DNA of 64,000 bases from Enoplolaimus lenunculus (GCA_030248215.1 JASANG010003752.1:310001-374000); one strand, 5' to 3'. Shown: positions 23,401-34,101, counted from the first letter of the stretch. The notes: generated by a model not told the origin, from the sequence alone. Numbers and translations: made by a program.

Positions 23401-23975
23401 TAAATAGAATGATAAAATTAGGGATTCCGCCCCATAGCATCGGAATAGACGCAACGTACGCGGCGCAAAGTAAACTGTTAAAGAAACTGCTAACTAAACA
23501 ACAACCAGAACTACGAATAGGGTGTGCGAACACGTGGCAGGGCAACGAATGTGATTTCATGATCATTAGCCTCGTACGGTCCGACGGATTTTATGATACA
23601 TACGGTCAAGAATGTGATCAAGGATTCCTGCACGATTTCCGACGACTGACAGTAAGCACAACCAGAGCAAGGCGGGGACAAGTGATCATTGGAAATACAC
23701 TGCGATTTCTATATCACCCCTTAATCATGGAAACACTTCGAGCATGTCACGCCTACGATGGATTCATAAACGACTATCAGACTGAAACACCCCAAATAGT
23801 TCAAAACCGAATTCAAATCGCGTTAGCAATCACAAACTACATACATTTACACATATGTGACAGTTGGCAAAAAGATCCGGATAACTGTAACAACGACCAT
23901 ACTGTTGGAGCAGCGGCACAAAACCCCAATCAATACTACTGCACGGATCATACATCGATTCCAGAAAGATTTTAA
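20430..23975 (+). CDS. Superfamily 1 helicase, UPF1/DNA2/NAM7/MOV10-like, 1181 aa, intronless, inside the LTR element
   Basis: Motifs in the correct order: I QAPPGTGKT (~22533), Ia IAPTNAAAN, II VIDEAA (22935), III LGDTKQLP, NYRS, NIAEI, IGIDATYAAQ, V TWQGNECDFMIISLVRS, VI GFL..RRLTVSTTRAR. N-terminal CxxC-x8-H-x5-H. Confidence 0.93.
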   Translation: MATYTKDILEFAATVCLADILPEEQRKNFQNWHGVNAYIPMDTLVKFAPRYPNNVEATITDFISPSKATSYRNFCMVCLCPIHDSLHLVSTRHLFMSSSQLFRLNVTDERRLLFQQWIKEHGLYHEHKVLKNLNAVLTFPKISSTTATAVGMHAQLSNQGYDIPIVFGNSATGSQDLTFHLTIRNKGAVSIEYIGVHTIVNGANGNKLRPIFEMPTNCTHQEKIMITIESQTPGIQFYTLQVWVEAKQFGKNSVLLPLWCEVRWNWHDYHLEHCIARYLEDIARVRPKQTDGVALSSIPDSLFNPPLIPTGEGSEQRVCKPARFTQSCFTPYFKAWERKDTTMRNHSEIAVRSVDIQSHGGFDDHNVQIKDIEAILDSDAVITKDNLGHRCLAEVIGQTQYDEDVPERCSIISTQILPEDEVNDIGTLQSDESAIYVSSKVPSREYQNIRSKSMTDRLRIVHPRWDAKLPAYVVGEKNDDDQMVTTVQLKLNAGLKKIVESMVESESRRVDTNQPFLIPMPSIVTGYLLALYKMLLINEDDEAKVETASANVEDNTETFRDKSNVNDNSITNLSELSEPDITLVDEINESECTASIETSDIDNPPPTKVTKSNFTTERLQASQDETMTNEDDQSSIKKRFKYDLKRSWHKIINHMFGHDSPAKQYEKRTLPTTIYNYTEQLDPEQKQILDAIINGDPIIACQAPPGTGKTHVIALIMVLMNTVFPEERYLCIAPTNAAANVLAKKIQSYFKKLFGQVPPQSLLRMVREGYPIDELGELIQHSNFVAADTESSDIQADSRIPEHKILVTTVDLAIMNLLNHRKTLADAGLFKLLVIDEAASVDLPRTLLAALLVSNGQIVMLGDTKQLPAYITSPKLKSVAGDESGMEFISRAASKAKRVKLKTLKRNYRSVASILGPPSAIIYKDAPLIAENHDQLSQQNEQLNDATNGMLNTVLFPARNGVSFVHVEGTMIRHGSSLYNIAEIHHVLEIVNRMIKLGIPPHSIGIDATYAAQSKLLKKLLTKQQPELRIGCANTWQGNECDFMIISLVRSDGFYDTYGQECDQGFLHDFRRLTVSTTRARRGQVIIGNTLRFLYHPLIMETLRACHAYDGFINDYQTETPQIVQNRIQIALAITNYIHLHICDSWQKDPDNCNNDHTVGAAAQNPNQYYCTDHTSIPERF

Positions 23976-24003
23976 AGGTAAGCCATTGCAGGGCAAAGGC
24001 TTT

Positions 24004-24016
24004 AAGGAGGGAGTGG
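24004..24016 (+). other. Polypurine tract
   Basis: AAGGAGGGAGTGG immediately before the TG of the 3' LTR. Confidence 0.85.
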
Positions 24017-25217
24017 TGTTGCGGACCACCCAGTTTGTTTTTTAGAAAAACTTTCGGCCTAAATTTCAAACTAAAGATAACTATGTATATTGTTTGCAAA
24101 TTTCGACTTTTTGTTTAACATTACTGCAATAATAACGTAACAATACTGATATAATTAGCCCATTTACGCAGTTTTTGTGTGTTGAAAACAATCTTTTTCA
24201 AAGTAGAACGCAACATTTTATAGTGTTTACGACACCAATAAACTCTTTAATTTTCACCCGCGTTTAGACGTTGGTTTAAATAAACTGACAATGTTTTTAT
24301 ATGTAACAATTTTGCGAAATTAAAAATATTTAAATTTCGATGCGCATTTGACGTTGTTTATGTCTCAATATTGCGCTCAAAGGCTCGTGTTTCGTTAGTT
24401 TTAAGCAAATTTTTTGTATATTTTAGTATATATAGGCTGTATGTGTCGTCGTGCCTAAAACGTACCGCAACTGGCGTTAATAATGTTTTCTATTCAAACA
24501 TAAGTTGTTGATTAATAATGGTAAGTTGAAAAAGTGTTATCAAACTAAGTTGGAAAACATTAAAGCCAGCATAAACTGTTTAATTTTTTAAATTGCAGTC
24601 CTTGCACTTTTTGAGATTGATTATCCTCATTAGCATTTTAAAGAGTATTTTAACAAAAATTCCAGCAAAGTGAATTTTATCAGTACTGAAAATAACATTA
24701 AAATTGATTTTTGGCTTTTCGTCACTCAAGCGGAAAAAAAAAGTATACTAAAATTTAGTTGCCTAAGAAGTTTAAAAGTTAAAATTTAAAATTTTATAAT
24801 CTTAGAGGTCTAATGAGCCTATCAATCAGGCTTGAAAACTAGAAATTTCGCACTATAAAAGCAGCAGTTTTTAACAAAATTTAGGCAGTGTTTAGTCAGG
24901 TTTGGGCGTGAAAGTTTCATTTAGTTATTTTTTCTGAAAAGATTTTCCGCTTATTATAGACCGCGGGTCGTTTTACTGAGTGCATCAAGTTGTCAAAGTT
25001 TTACAATTATCACGTCTATGGTTTTCGTTGCGTCTGATCAACGTGTACCGAAATTGAATTGTAAGTCAGGGCGGGTACTAAGTGTAATAGTTAATTGTCA
25101 TGGACTTGTTTGCCTTATGGGCGCTTCACTACTTTTTCTTCGTTTATTTCACAAAGGCTCTACTGCCATAATTAATAAATAAAAAAAATCAATAGCCGTT
25201 ACCTTGTAATCGTAACA
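24017..25217 (+). repeat. 3' LTR (1201 bp)
   Basis: Begins TGTTGCGGACC after the PPT and ends AATCGTAACA like the 5' LTR; lacks ~123 bp present at 11156-11278. Confidence 0.88.
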
Positions 25218-28111
25218 CACCTATGATTAACTGGGTGAAACGTGCTACATACATTTCAAAATACAATCACTGGTCAACCCAAAAATTTTTAAAAATAGAC
25301 TAAAAACTGTCAAACGCAACCAGACTTTGAAAGTTTATGTTTTGAAGTTGTTATATCTTCTAAGCGTAACCCGTATTTAATGACCATATTCTCAAATGTG
25401 TATGTAGGACCTATTACCATTTGGTAAAAGGCACGATGTAAACCGGATATCCGTTTTCGTTTCCGGTAAAAATAGGTGTTCGTTTCCGTTATAGGAATAC
25501 TGGAAATTCAGTTATTAATGCGACGAAAATTAGTTACAAATCACGTGTATATTTCCGCAATTTTTTATTGCAGAAATGGCGCAATAGTTCGAAATGAAAC
25601 AAAAGCCTGGCGAATATATGCACGCCTCAATAGTGTGGCTAAAAATAAAATATCTTTGAAACTTTTAAACTTCAGTATTTGTTTTCCATTTCCGTTATTT
25701 TGGTCACTATCCGTTTTGTTATTTTTACTATCCGTTGACTCCCTGGTGATAGTTCCTGTGACTTTGGACCAAAAATTGTGATATGTTCAAAATTTTGCAC
25801 AGATTTGGTACTGTTTGCAAGCATAACGACGGACAAAATTTTTTCACACATACCAAACAGCGAATCCAATTGTTAAACCCTTTTCCGAAAACTTTAAGGT
25901 AAACTACATTCAGAGCATAACCCGCAGGTATGTTGCATTTTTAAACGCTGCACGATGTACAAAATTGCGCCCGTACAAAATTCGAACTAAAAGTTAATGC
26001 TATGGGTTTTCAACATAACCGGTAAATTAACGGTAAAATTAGTATTATGAGCAAAGTCAATATAATATCACGAAGCCACCACTAGTAAATGTAAGCCTTT
26101 TCTAAGTGCACTTGACCTTAAAGCTTTGTTTAAGCTAAATAAAAAATTCCTGCCCGACCATGTTTAGGACTAAATCGCCGAATGCGGAATTAAATTTATA
26201 CAATGTCACACTTTATATTTTGACAATAACGATTACACCTGAAACTAAACTGATACATTGCATCAATACCCATATATTTTTTGATAGCGCAAGAGCGATT
26301 TTTTGAACGGTGTCAAAATAATTTAATGCATTCTGAAAATTGAATCTAGCCAAATTGTAATGTATTCTTTTCTGAAAACAGATCTCGCAGCCAAGCAACT
26401 AAAAACAACCAGAGCACAACAAAATCTTTCCACACGAATATCAAAACATGCCAAGTTTCAATAGTTGCAAACGAAAACAAGGTAATAATGTTGTTCGAAA
26501 ACTGATAAACCTTCTCCGATAAATATCCTCAAAACAATTGTAAACATAATGTTTTCATAAACAATTTTGTTTCGCAATTCTTTGAAACAATTAGAATTGT
26601 GTTTTCGGCACCCCATACCAGCAACACCTCAAAATCAGGTTTGCAAATGCGAGGCCACCCACCTCGGCTTTATTATTTTTTGGTCTACATATAAATAAGT
26701 AGAAACATTGTTCACATAAGAACTGAATATTAGATTCTGGTTAACGGAGCTCAGAAACATATCCAAATATCCGGTATAGGACACTGCAAATTATCGATTA
26801 ACGTGATTAGTGAAGGTCGTTATTCAAAAGAAAATGGAACAATTAAAATGTCGTCATGCCACATTTCCTAAAATGTAACTGGATCCTATAGCGTGACCGA
26901 CCGCATATTAATAACCGAATACCGGAACCGGGTGAGAACTTTTTCCGGAACTGAATGCTAACCGGATATAATGTGTAAATTTTTGCTTTGTTAGCACAAT
27001 TTATATTTAAATGAACGTTACTTTCTGTGTTAAAAATTTACTGGTCAGCAAAATGTTTAGTATTTTCACATGTGAAAAGCAGTGATATTTTGGAACAGAA
27101 AGAATAGTAAATATTTGGTATTCATACTCACATTCAAATGATACGAGTTTGTTGCTTCAAATGAACCTCTTGAATGCCGGCGCTCAATATAGCTAGTGAT
27201 AACTGATTACGTACACAAAGATATTTTTCAAAACTGCTACCAACCTCAAAAATGTAAACAGATTGATTAAATGACCGTCATTTATATATCAACAATGAGG
27301 TAAACATTTTCGAATGTATTATTTGAGATACTGAAATTGAGGCAAACAATTCTCGAGTAACAAAATTTCTAGTTTGAGAAAATTTATTGTTGTTGAGGGT
27401 TGTTTGTGCCGATGCGAACAATTTACATTTCTGGTTGTATTTGAAGCTTGGAACGGTATGAGTTGAGCAAGCAACTGCTGATTTCGTAAAGATTGTATTT
27501 TTAAACAAGCCGAGCTGAATAATATTTCTGCTTTTGTTATTTTGCGAAATGTTTAGCCTTGGACAACAAAACCAAAATTCTACGTGCATACGTGGAAAAC
27601 ATCCGGAACGTCTGGTAGTGCCTATATGATCAATCGCGCAAATTATTAGAGGTTTACGGCAGCAAAAAGCTTTCAGGAAAATATACAAAAAGAAGTTGAT
27701 CGTAAACATTTCGTACTTGCCAAAATTACTCATCAGACGGCTTTATGGCTACCGTTATGTTTTTAAGTTTTTATTTGAACAAAAGAATTTCATTATTGTT
27801 CATAGCATAAAACTTTGGATATTTTAAAGACAATTTATACATTGCATGTTCAAATGGTAATTCAGCAGTAGTCATATAATACAAAAAGAAATTTAGTCAA
27901 ATTTCTTGATCACGTTAATAGTGAAATTTGCAGAATTACTTTACTTTTTTACTATAGTTTCGTCGCAAAAAATACATTTATTCGTTGCATTCTATAATCA
28001 TTCGTCTGTTATTGACACAGATTAGGGCCCTCACAAGTGTCGACTATTTTCCGCCGTAATCTACTAACCAGTTTGTGTAATATACCATTTAGTAATGTTT
28101 GCTATAATCCT

Positions 28112-28310
28112 GGTCCATGTATAGATCAGGGGCGGACAGTTTTTCGGTAGGAATCCAATAGAGTAAGCTTAAGTTTTAGACTAATCTTTGTTTAGACTCA
28201 GTTTAGGCTTAGGTATAGGCTTTTCCTTGCGCTTAGGCTTGCGCTTAGGATTATGCTTAGGCTTGCAATTTGCTTTTACTACTGTTAAACTGCTGTTCCT
28301 TACATTAAGC
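28112..28310. mobile_element. Degenerate Merlin-like TTAGGC MITE
   Basis: GGTCCATGTATAGATCAGGG start and internal TTAGGC variants; right end eroded. Confidence 0.6.
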
Positions 28311-28975
28311 ATGTGCTATTTACTTCAATATGGGGTAAACATTTTAACATGACAAAAACATTTTTCTGATTTGTGGCTTCTGGCAATGAGAGTGTATCAT
28401 TAGAGATCAGAGTGGGGGTATGGTTTTCCCTCAGGTCTACAACTAAGATAAGTACTCATACATCGTATCTATAACCTAAAACAAATGTACACAACACGAA
28501 AAGTTGCTCATTTTGTAGGTATTTTGCTTGTGTTAGTGTTTGAGCATATACACTTGTCTTGTTTTCACCAGGGTACAACCGAAAATCTAAGGAAATGCGC
28601 CGGAACTTTTTTGGCTCAGTTTGTGCGCAAGCAACGTACCACGAAATCTTTGGTACATCCCAGTTGAAAAAGAATAACAGGCTTTAAGTATTAGCCAACT
28701 ACCCTTTAAGATTAAAATTTATTTTCGGCTCGCTGGTTTCGAGCTAAAACTGTGGCTCTTGTAGTATTTTTCACGTACAGCTTTCGTAAATTTTCAAATT
28801 TATGACGTATGAAATAAAAATTAAATTCACGAAAAGCTTAAAATTTTCGGTCCATCCGCTTCAGCGAGATGTTTCGCAACATTTATTTTTATTCTAAAAG
28901 ACTGTTCTCGACATATATATCGAAGGTTAATCTGCTATTCAGGTCACTGAGCACAGATATGCCGCAGGTGTAAGT

Positions 28976-29601
28976 TGCGTAATATGCCAAGAGATTTTGA
29001 ACCCGGAGAACTATAGTGTGCACCTGTATGCATTTGCAAAACTGTGATTCACCCAACTTGTCAACTGGACTATACCGCTTCGCGTTAGCTATTAAACCAA
29101 GAACCAAAATTCTGCATTTGCCGTGAAACTATTTTTGTTTTAGTAACTAGCGAACTGGAGGACACAACTTTGCCTAGGACCAGTCATTCGGCGTTGACTC
29201 AGTTAATTGATGCTGTAGTCGCTGTATTAGATGACGATTATGTTGACGAAATAACAATTATTAACGATATATGGTCTGGTTATTCAGTGATGATGATGAT
29301 GTAGAAGACGATAGTAACGATGAAGACAACACACCGTAATCAGTAAACATATGATGTATTTTAGACTATTAATATGTCTAATTACATTAATGTATTTGAC
29401 ATTTTCGGCATAAGCAATAACACTATTTATCAACAAAAATTCGCTGTTGGCAGCACCTGTGTTATCTGTGTAGAACATTTCGAAGAAGGACAACTATTAT
29501 GTCTACCAAATTGTTCCTGTTAAACTATCATCCACCCACAGTGCTAGCATTATAATAAAGACCGCCAACAGCTAGGCCAACCCCCTAAACGCAGCATCTG
29601 T
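28976..29601 (+). pseudogene. Decayed intronless ORF with two homologous RING-variant (C4HC3-like) zinc fingers
   Basis: 28976-29121 reads CVICQ/DFEPGEL*CAPVCICKTVIHPTC...EPKFCIC (one frameshift, stops). 29458-29601 reads CVICVEHFEEGQLLCLPNCSC*TIIHPQC*...PPKRSIC. An Asp-rich stretch lies between them. Confidence 0.7.
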
Positions 29602-29792
29602 CAGGAATTGCAAAGGGTAAACCGTAAACATGAAGCGTCCGAAGCACAAACGGTGAATTACCATTTACCATCTGCACGTGGCGGTGATAATATGGTTTGT
29701 TTATTATTATACACTCCTGTTTTCCGTTCAGCTGCGCATGCCATTTCTTCATTATGAAATATAAGTTTCATATAGTTATTATGGCGTGACAC

Positions 29793-30163
29793 CAGGGTAC
29801 AACCGGAAGTCTGCTTCAGGCTGCGGCAAAAAATCCTCCTCCAGCTCCGGTAGAATTTTTGCCGGAGATTCCGGCAATTTCGGTATAGTAAAATTTTGCA
29901 TAATTTTGCAAAATTTATCTGTTTAGCGCGTTTCGTTTTGCTTTTGCCACAATTTTCAGGAAACAATTTCCGAAATTCGCAAAAAATTAGCGTCAAACCA
30001 AACAACTTAACAACATATTGCAGATATTGGCTAAAATTAACTAAGTAACCAGCATTTTTCTATCTATTTCGCCTCACCTCCGGCTCCGGCTTCGGCTCCG
30101 GCAAGTTTCGTTGACCTCCTGCTCTGTCTCCGGTATTTTTTCCCTACTTCCGGTTGCACCCTG
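29793..30163. mobile_element. hAT-type MITE
   Basis: CAGGGTACAACCGGAAGT...ACTTCCGGTTGCACCCTG; TSD CGTGACAC/CCTGACAT (6/8). Confidence 0.8.
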
Positions 30164-30524
30164 CCTGACATCCTAATGAAAACTGTTCTGTTGTCATTTT
30201 TTACCAACTTTGTTGCATCTGTATTTGTAATTCCAATACCGTAACAAGACAAATTATTTCTAAATAAAGTTTTTAACAATACGATTCTAATTCAGCGTTA
30301 AACTGATTTTCATCCAAGACGTCGCATAGCGATTGTTCATGATCCACGGACTACATGTGAGCTGGTGTTGGTCTGAAATGATTGTTGAACAATACAATTA
30401 ATGACAGCGCTACCACCGCCTGCTGTGCCCTAGACATCGTCGTTTGATTTTGAATCATTTGACGATCCAACCTTCTTTTGTACACGGAACGCAGCCAGTT
30501 AAATACTCTTGCCTTAATATGAGT

Positions 30525-30707
30525 GGCCCATGTTACTTCAAGGGGCGTCCAGATTTCTGGTGGGCCTATAAAAGTGTAGGATTTAATTCTATGACATTTT
30601 CTGCTTAGGCTTAGGATTAGGAATACGTTTTTACAACGCTTAGGCTTAGGCTTAGGCTTAGGAATACGCGTAATTCCACAGTTACGCCCCTTAAAGTAAC
30701 ATTGGAC
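30525..30707. mobile_element. Merlin-like TTAGGC MITE (opposite orientation to 51089)
   Basis: GGCCCATGTTACTTCAAGGGGCGT...ACGCCCCTTAAAGTAACATTGGAC with internal TTAGGC repeats. Confidence 0.75.
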
Positions 30708-31700
30708 GACTAATAGGTTCTTGATCAGTATATTTTGTCCAGAGTCTATGTAAAAATATGCCGGGAATCGAATATTGCAGTAAACAAGGCGGATGTTAAC
30801 ACAGGTGGGGCTCTAAAAAGGAGATACAATTTTTTCACATCCACGGAAACATAACATGGATTACTCATGAATACATAAAAATATCAAAGCCCATTTTTAA
30901 TGCATAGAATATACCTGGCTCGTGCCCCAGAATATTGTTTCGTAGTTACAAATATCCGGCACCACGCTGACAGCAATTAAACAGTATATAAGATCGTGTC
31001 TAAAACGTAATGCCACCAAAAACTAAATACGTTTCCTAAGCTGAATTCTTGTTTGCCATTTGGCGGTTTTGTTTGCGCTTGCAACCTTATATTGTGTAAC
31101 TAAAGTTTCTGACGAAGTATTAAAATAGATATCTTAGCTTGGGCTTTAACTGCTAGTATTTCTTTGGGCGCCTATACAGTAGGCTGGAGTTGCGAGAGAT
31201 TTTGCATCGAGGACGGTAACTATATCAGTAATTTGCATTATTGGATTAGATATTTATTTGACTCGTATACAAAGTATTGATGTTGTCACTTTAATTAGGT
31301 TTTCAGTTTTGAATTTTGGGACGGGCCTAATTGATAAATTTTCTGTTTTTTGGCGATTCTATACACTAGAATATGCAAAGAGGAAAATTTTGGCGGAAAA
31401 CTGGTAAGGTCCACCTTACAAAATTTCAATTTTGCGCTATCGGTGCAAATTTTTCTAAATTTGTCATGGTCGGCATTGGAACGTTTAAAAAATTGCACCT
31501 GCAGCGTTGGTTTGCGCTTCATAGAGTTCTCAGTTAGCGATCATTTTCTTCGATTGCAAACGAAATATTCCAAATTAATAAATATATATTACATAAGGTA
31601 AACGAGCGTTGTGCTCTAAATCAATTGGTTAAGACGAGCGCTACTGCGGAAATAATGTGATTACCAGTTCTCCTTTCACTGCGCATGGGTAAGTACAAAG

Positions 31701-32424
31701 CAGGGTGTAAATGGATAGTAAAAATAATCGAAATGGATAGTGATCAAAATAACGGAAGTGGAAAACGAATAAACGTATAAAAAATGTTTTATATTTCTGC
31801 CAACACAATTGAGGCGTGCCAGGGTTCCAACAGGAACTAAATGTTACCGAAAGAAGAACAGGAACAAGAACAGGAACCGGAATTTGAAATGATTTTCATC
31901 ACCGAATTGCTGTTGGACTTTTTAGAATACTTACCAAAAATGGTTTAATAAATTTTTCTGATATTTCATCATCAAGTTTTGCGAAAACAAATCAGGAACA
32001 GTATAATAACAAAATTGAACTAATTGAAAAAACATTAATTTCTACATAAATAATTAGACAAAGATTCCGATATTTAAATGATATGAATAATTTGGCGCAA
32101 AACTGCAAAAATTCCTGTTCCTGAATCTCTAAATGCAGGAACAGGAACAGGAATAAATTTTTGCAGGAATTCCGGACGGAACAGGAATTCCGGTTGAACC
32201 CTGAGGCGTGCATATATTTACCGGTTTTTCAATAATAGTAAAGAAAAAATGGCGGATGCATCGAAATTTTTAAGATTTTGGATGAATGTCGTAATTTTTA
32301 TTTCATTTCAAACAATTGTAGCATATGAGTTAGCGACAAATATATCAGAATTTTCGTTATTTTTCTTACGGAAACGGACATCAATTTTTACCGGAAACTA
32401 AAACAGATGTCTGGTTGCACCCTG
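31701..32424. mobile_element. hAT-type MITE hosting a nested MITE
   Basis: CAGGGTGTAA...TTGCACCCTG with perfect TSD GTACAAAG; body homologous to 58810-59228. Confidence 0.88.
31820..32203. mobile_element. Nested hAT-type MITE (CAGGAA-repeat family)
   Basis: CAGGGTTC...GAACCCTG with perfect TSD AGGCGTGC. Confidence 0.88.
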
Positions 32425-32623
32425 GTACAAAGATAAAGCTTTCAGGGGACGAAAATATCATTACGGGTGGCGTTCACTATCCGCGACCATCTAGAACTCC
32501 CCTCTTGCGCATGTGTGTCTGTAAATATTTGACTTAATATCGTAAAGTTTCGCGTGTAACATTTTAGCAGAACATGTTAATATATATTCGATAATACGAT
32601 ATACGGACATAATTAAAAATATT

Positions 32624-33861
32624 ATGAAGTTCTTATTCTACAATAATAGTTTTCCACCCTGGTACGTTCATAATCACTACGTGACAGTTGAAGAACTTGT
32701 GAACCCGCAACTTTCATACCGGCTACGATTACACCCAAGTTTTTTGCCTCTATTTTATCGTTGCTTAGTTCAATATTTTACACCATTAACAGTAAACGTC
32801 GTTTACTCTGATTTTGCAAATTTAAACACATTTAACAGTACAGGCGCTTTTCTACTGGCACACGACATTAATTTTGCTCCACCAATATGGTTCCTAACAT
32901 ATGGCCGATTTCCATTGGCAAAATGGATCCTGCCCCGATTGCCGACGAAAAAAGCAGCATCTTGATACACCCACATCCTGTGGCGTACACTCTTAATCCG
33001 TTCGCCGTGATTAGCGTTCACGTTTGGATTGCTGCAGTGCTTACAAACAAAGTTTACGCGATTACCATTTATACGATGGATTGCTACTCATCAGGACAGA
33101 TTCGATTTTCTTGCAATCAACTTTGTTATTATTTTGTTAAACTGCATTTTTTAAAATTTTCATTTCACCACCGCATAAGAAATCCACGAAAACTGTTGTG
33201 GGCAAAACAGCTGGTACTGCTGAGTATGGTGCTACACGCCCTGGGAAGTATGATTGGACAAAAGTATTTTAAAAAATCATACTTTAACCGTCTGTCTGAA
33301 ATCGCGTACAATCCGCTTGACAACGTCAACAGCAGAAACGATTTAATTCCATTGACTGAAAATTACAAATTTATCACTGAAAAGAAATCGTTCAAAAGTT
33401 ACAAAGAATTGTTGACCAACAGTAACAAACATCTCTTGCTAGCCAAAACAACTGAATTTCCGTTTATGACACTCGCTAACAAATTAGCAACCACCCCTGG
33501 TTACATAGCGATTGGTGTGACGACAAACAAAGCGAAATATATTCGCGCAACGCATTCTGACATTCATATGAAGCAATTGCAATCGCAAGTGTCAATGTAC
33601 CTTGCGTTTGCACTGTTTCACCATCAACAAAACCTGTCAACAAAGCTGACCAAGTTTAGCGAAGCAATGTTTCAAGGCGGTATTTATGACAAAATATTAA
33701 AGTTGTCTACTTTAGCGGTTGGAATAAAAAAATTGAACAAACACGAAGACGTTGCGCAAGTGAAACCCATTCAGATGATTTCGTTCAGAAATACCTTCCT
33801 CTGTTTCGCCGTCGGATACTTGATTACCGTTTGTGTATTTGTATCAGAAATAACAGGTTAG
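32624..33861 (+). pseudogene. Intronless divergent ionotropic receptor (IR / iGluR-derived chemoreceptor)-like gene with one frameshift
   Basis: Two overlapping ORFs (32624-32965, 32887-33861) join at the C run 32933-32936. S1-like FLTYGRF..WILP, pre-M1 'NPF..ISVHVWI', S2 'YLAFAL...MFQGGIYDK', and the IR-typical terminus 'KPIQMISFRNTFLCFAVGYLITVCVFVSE'. Confidence 0.65.
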
Positions 33862-34101
33862 TGAAATACAGCTGCACATGTTTAATCCGGGACCTGCCCA
33901 CTAGGTGACATAGATACTGTCGGGCTTAGACACTGGGAGGCTTCGGCTTACACTTACGCTTAAGCTTAGAATAAGGCTTATGTTCATGTCAACCAGATAG
34001 ACAGTCCATCCCTGGCCAAACCAAACACAAAAAAGCCATTATTCTGTAAATTTATTTAACGCAAAAATAATACAAAACGATGCCAATTTCACTTTTAAAT
34101 G

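Larger units (their letters stand above)
10505..25217 (+). mobile_element. Ty3/Gypsy (Metaviridae-like) LTR retrotransposon / endogenous retrovirus: LTR-PBS-gag-X-env-(PR)-RT-RH-IN-helicase-PPT-LTR; this copy is defective
   Basis: Two LTRs (TGTTGCG...CGTAACA), PBS, PPT, gag with CCHC knuckle, and RT-RNaseH-integrase order diagnostic of Ty3/Gypsy. Several nonsense and frameshift lesions in gag-pol. Confidence 0.96.

Noticed and set aside
20430..23975. Helitron RepHel, or a host gene merely adjacent to the element
   Set aside because: The motifs are UPF1-like rather than PIF1-like, there is no HUH Rep domain, and the intronless ORF lies inside the PPT/LTR boundary.
20430..23975. Claim that the helicase has been domesticated because it is intact while pol is broken
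   Set aside because: Gag, env and RH-IN also have 1.9-3-kb open stretches, so one open 3.5-kb ORF is not sufficient evidence without dN/dS or orthologous loci.
12108..24099. Short minus-strand ORFs across the retroelement (e.g. 21968-22387, 16598-16906)
   Set aside because: Antisense shadows of long sense ORFs; no motifs.
27278..27733. 151-aa minus-strand ORF or decayed coding sequence
   Set aside because: No family recognisable in the frames examined.
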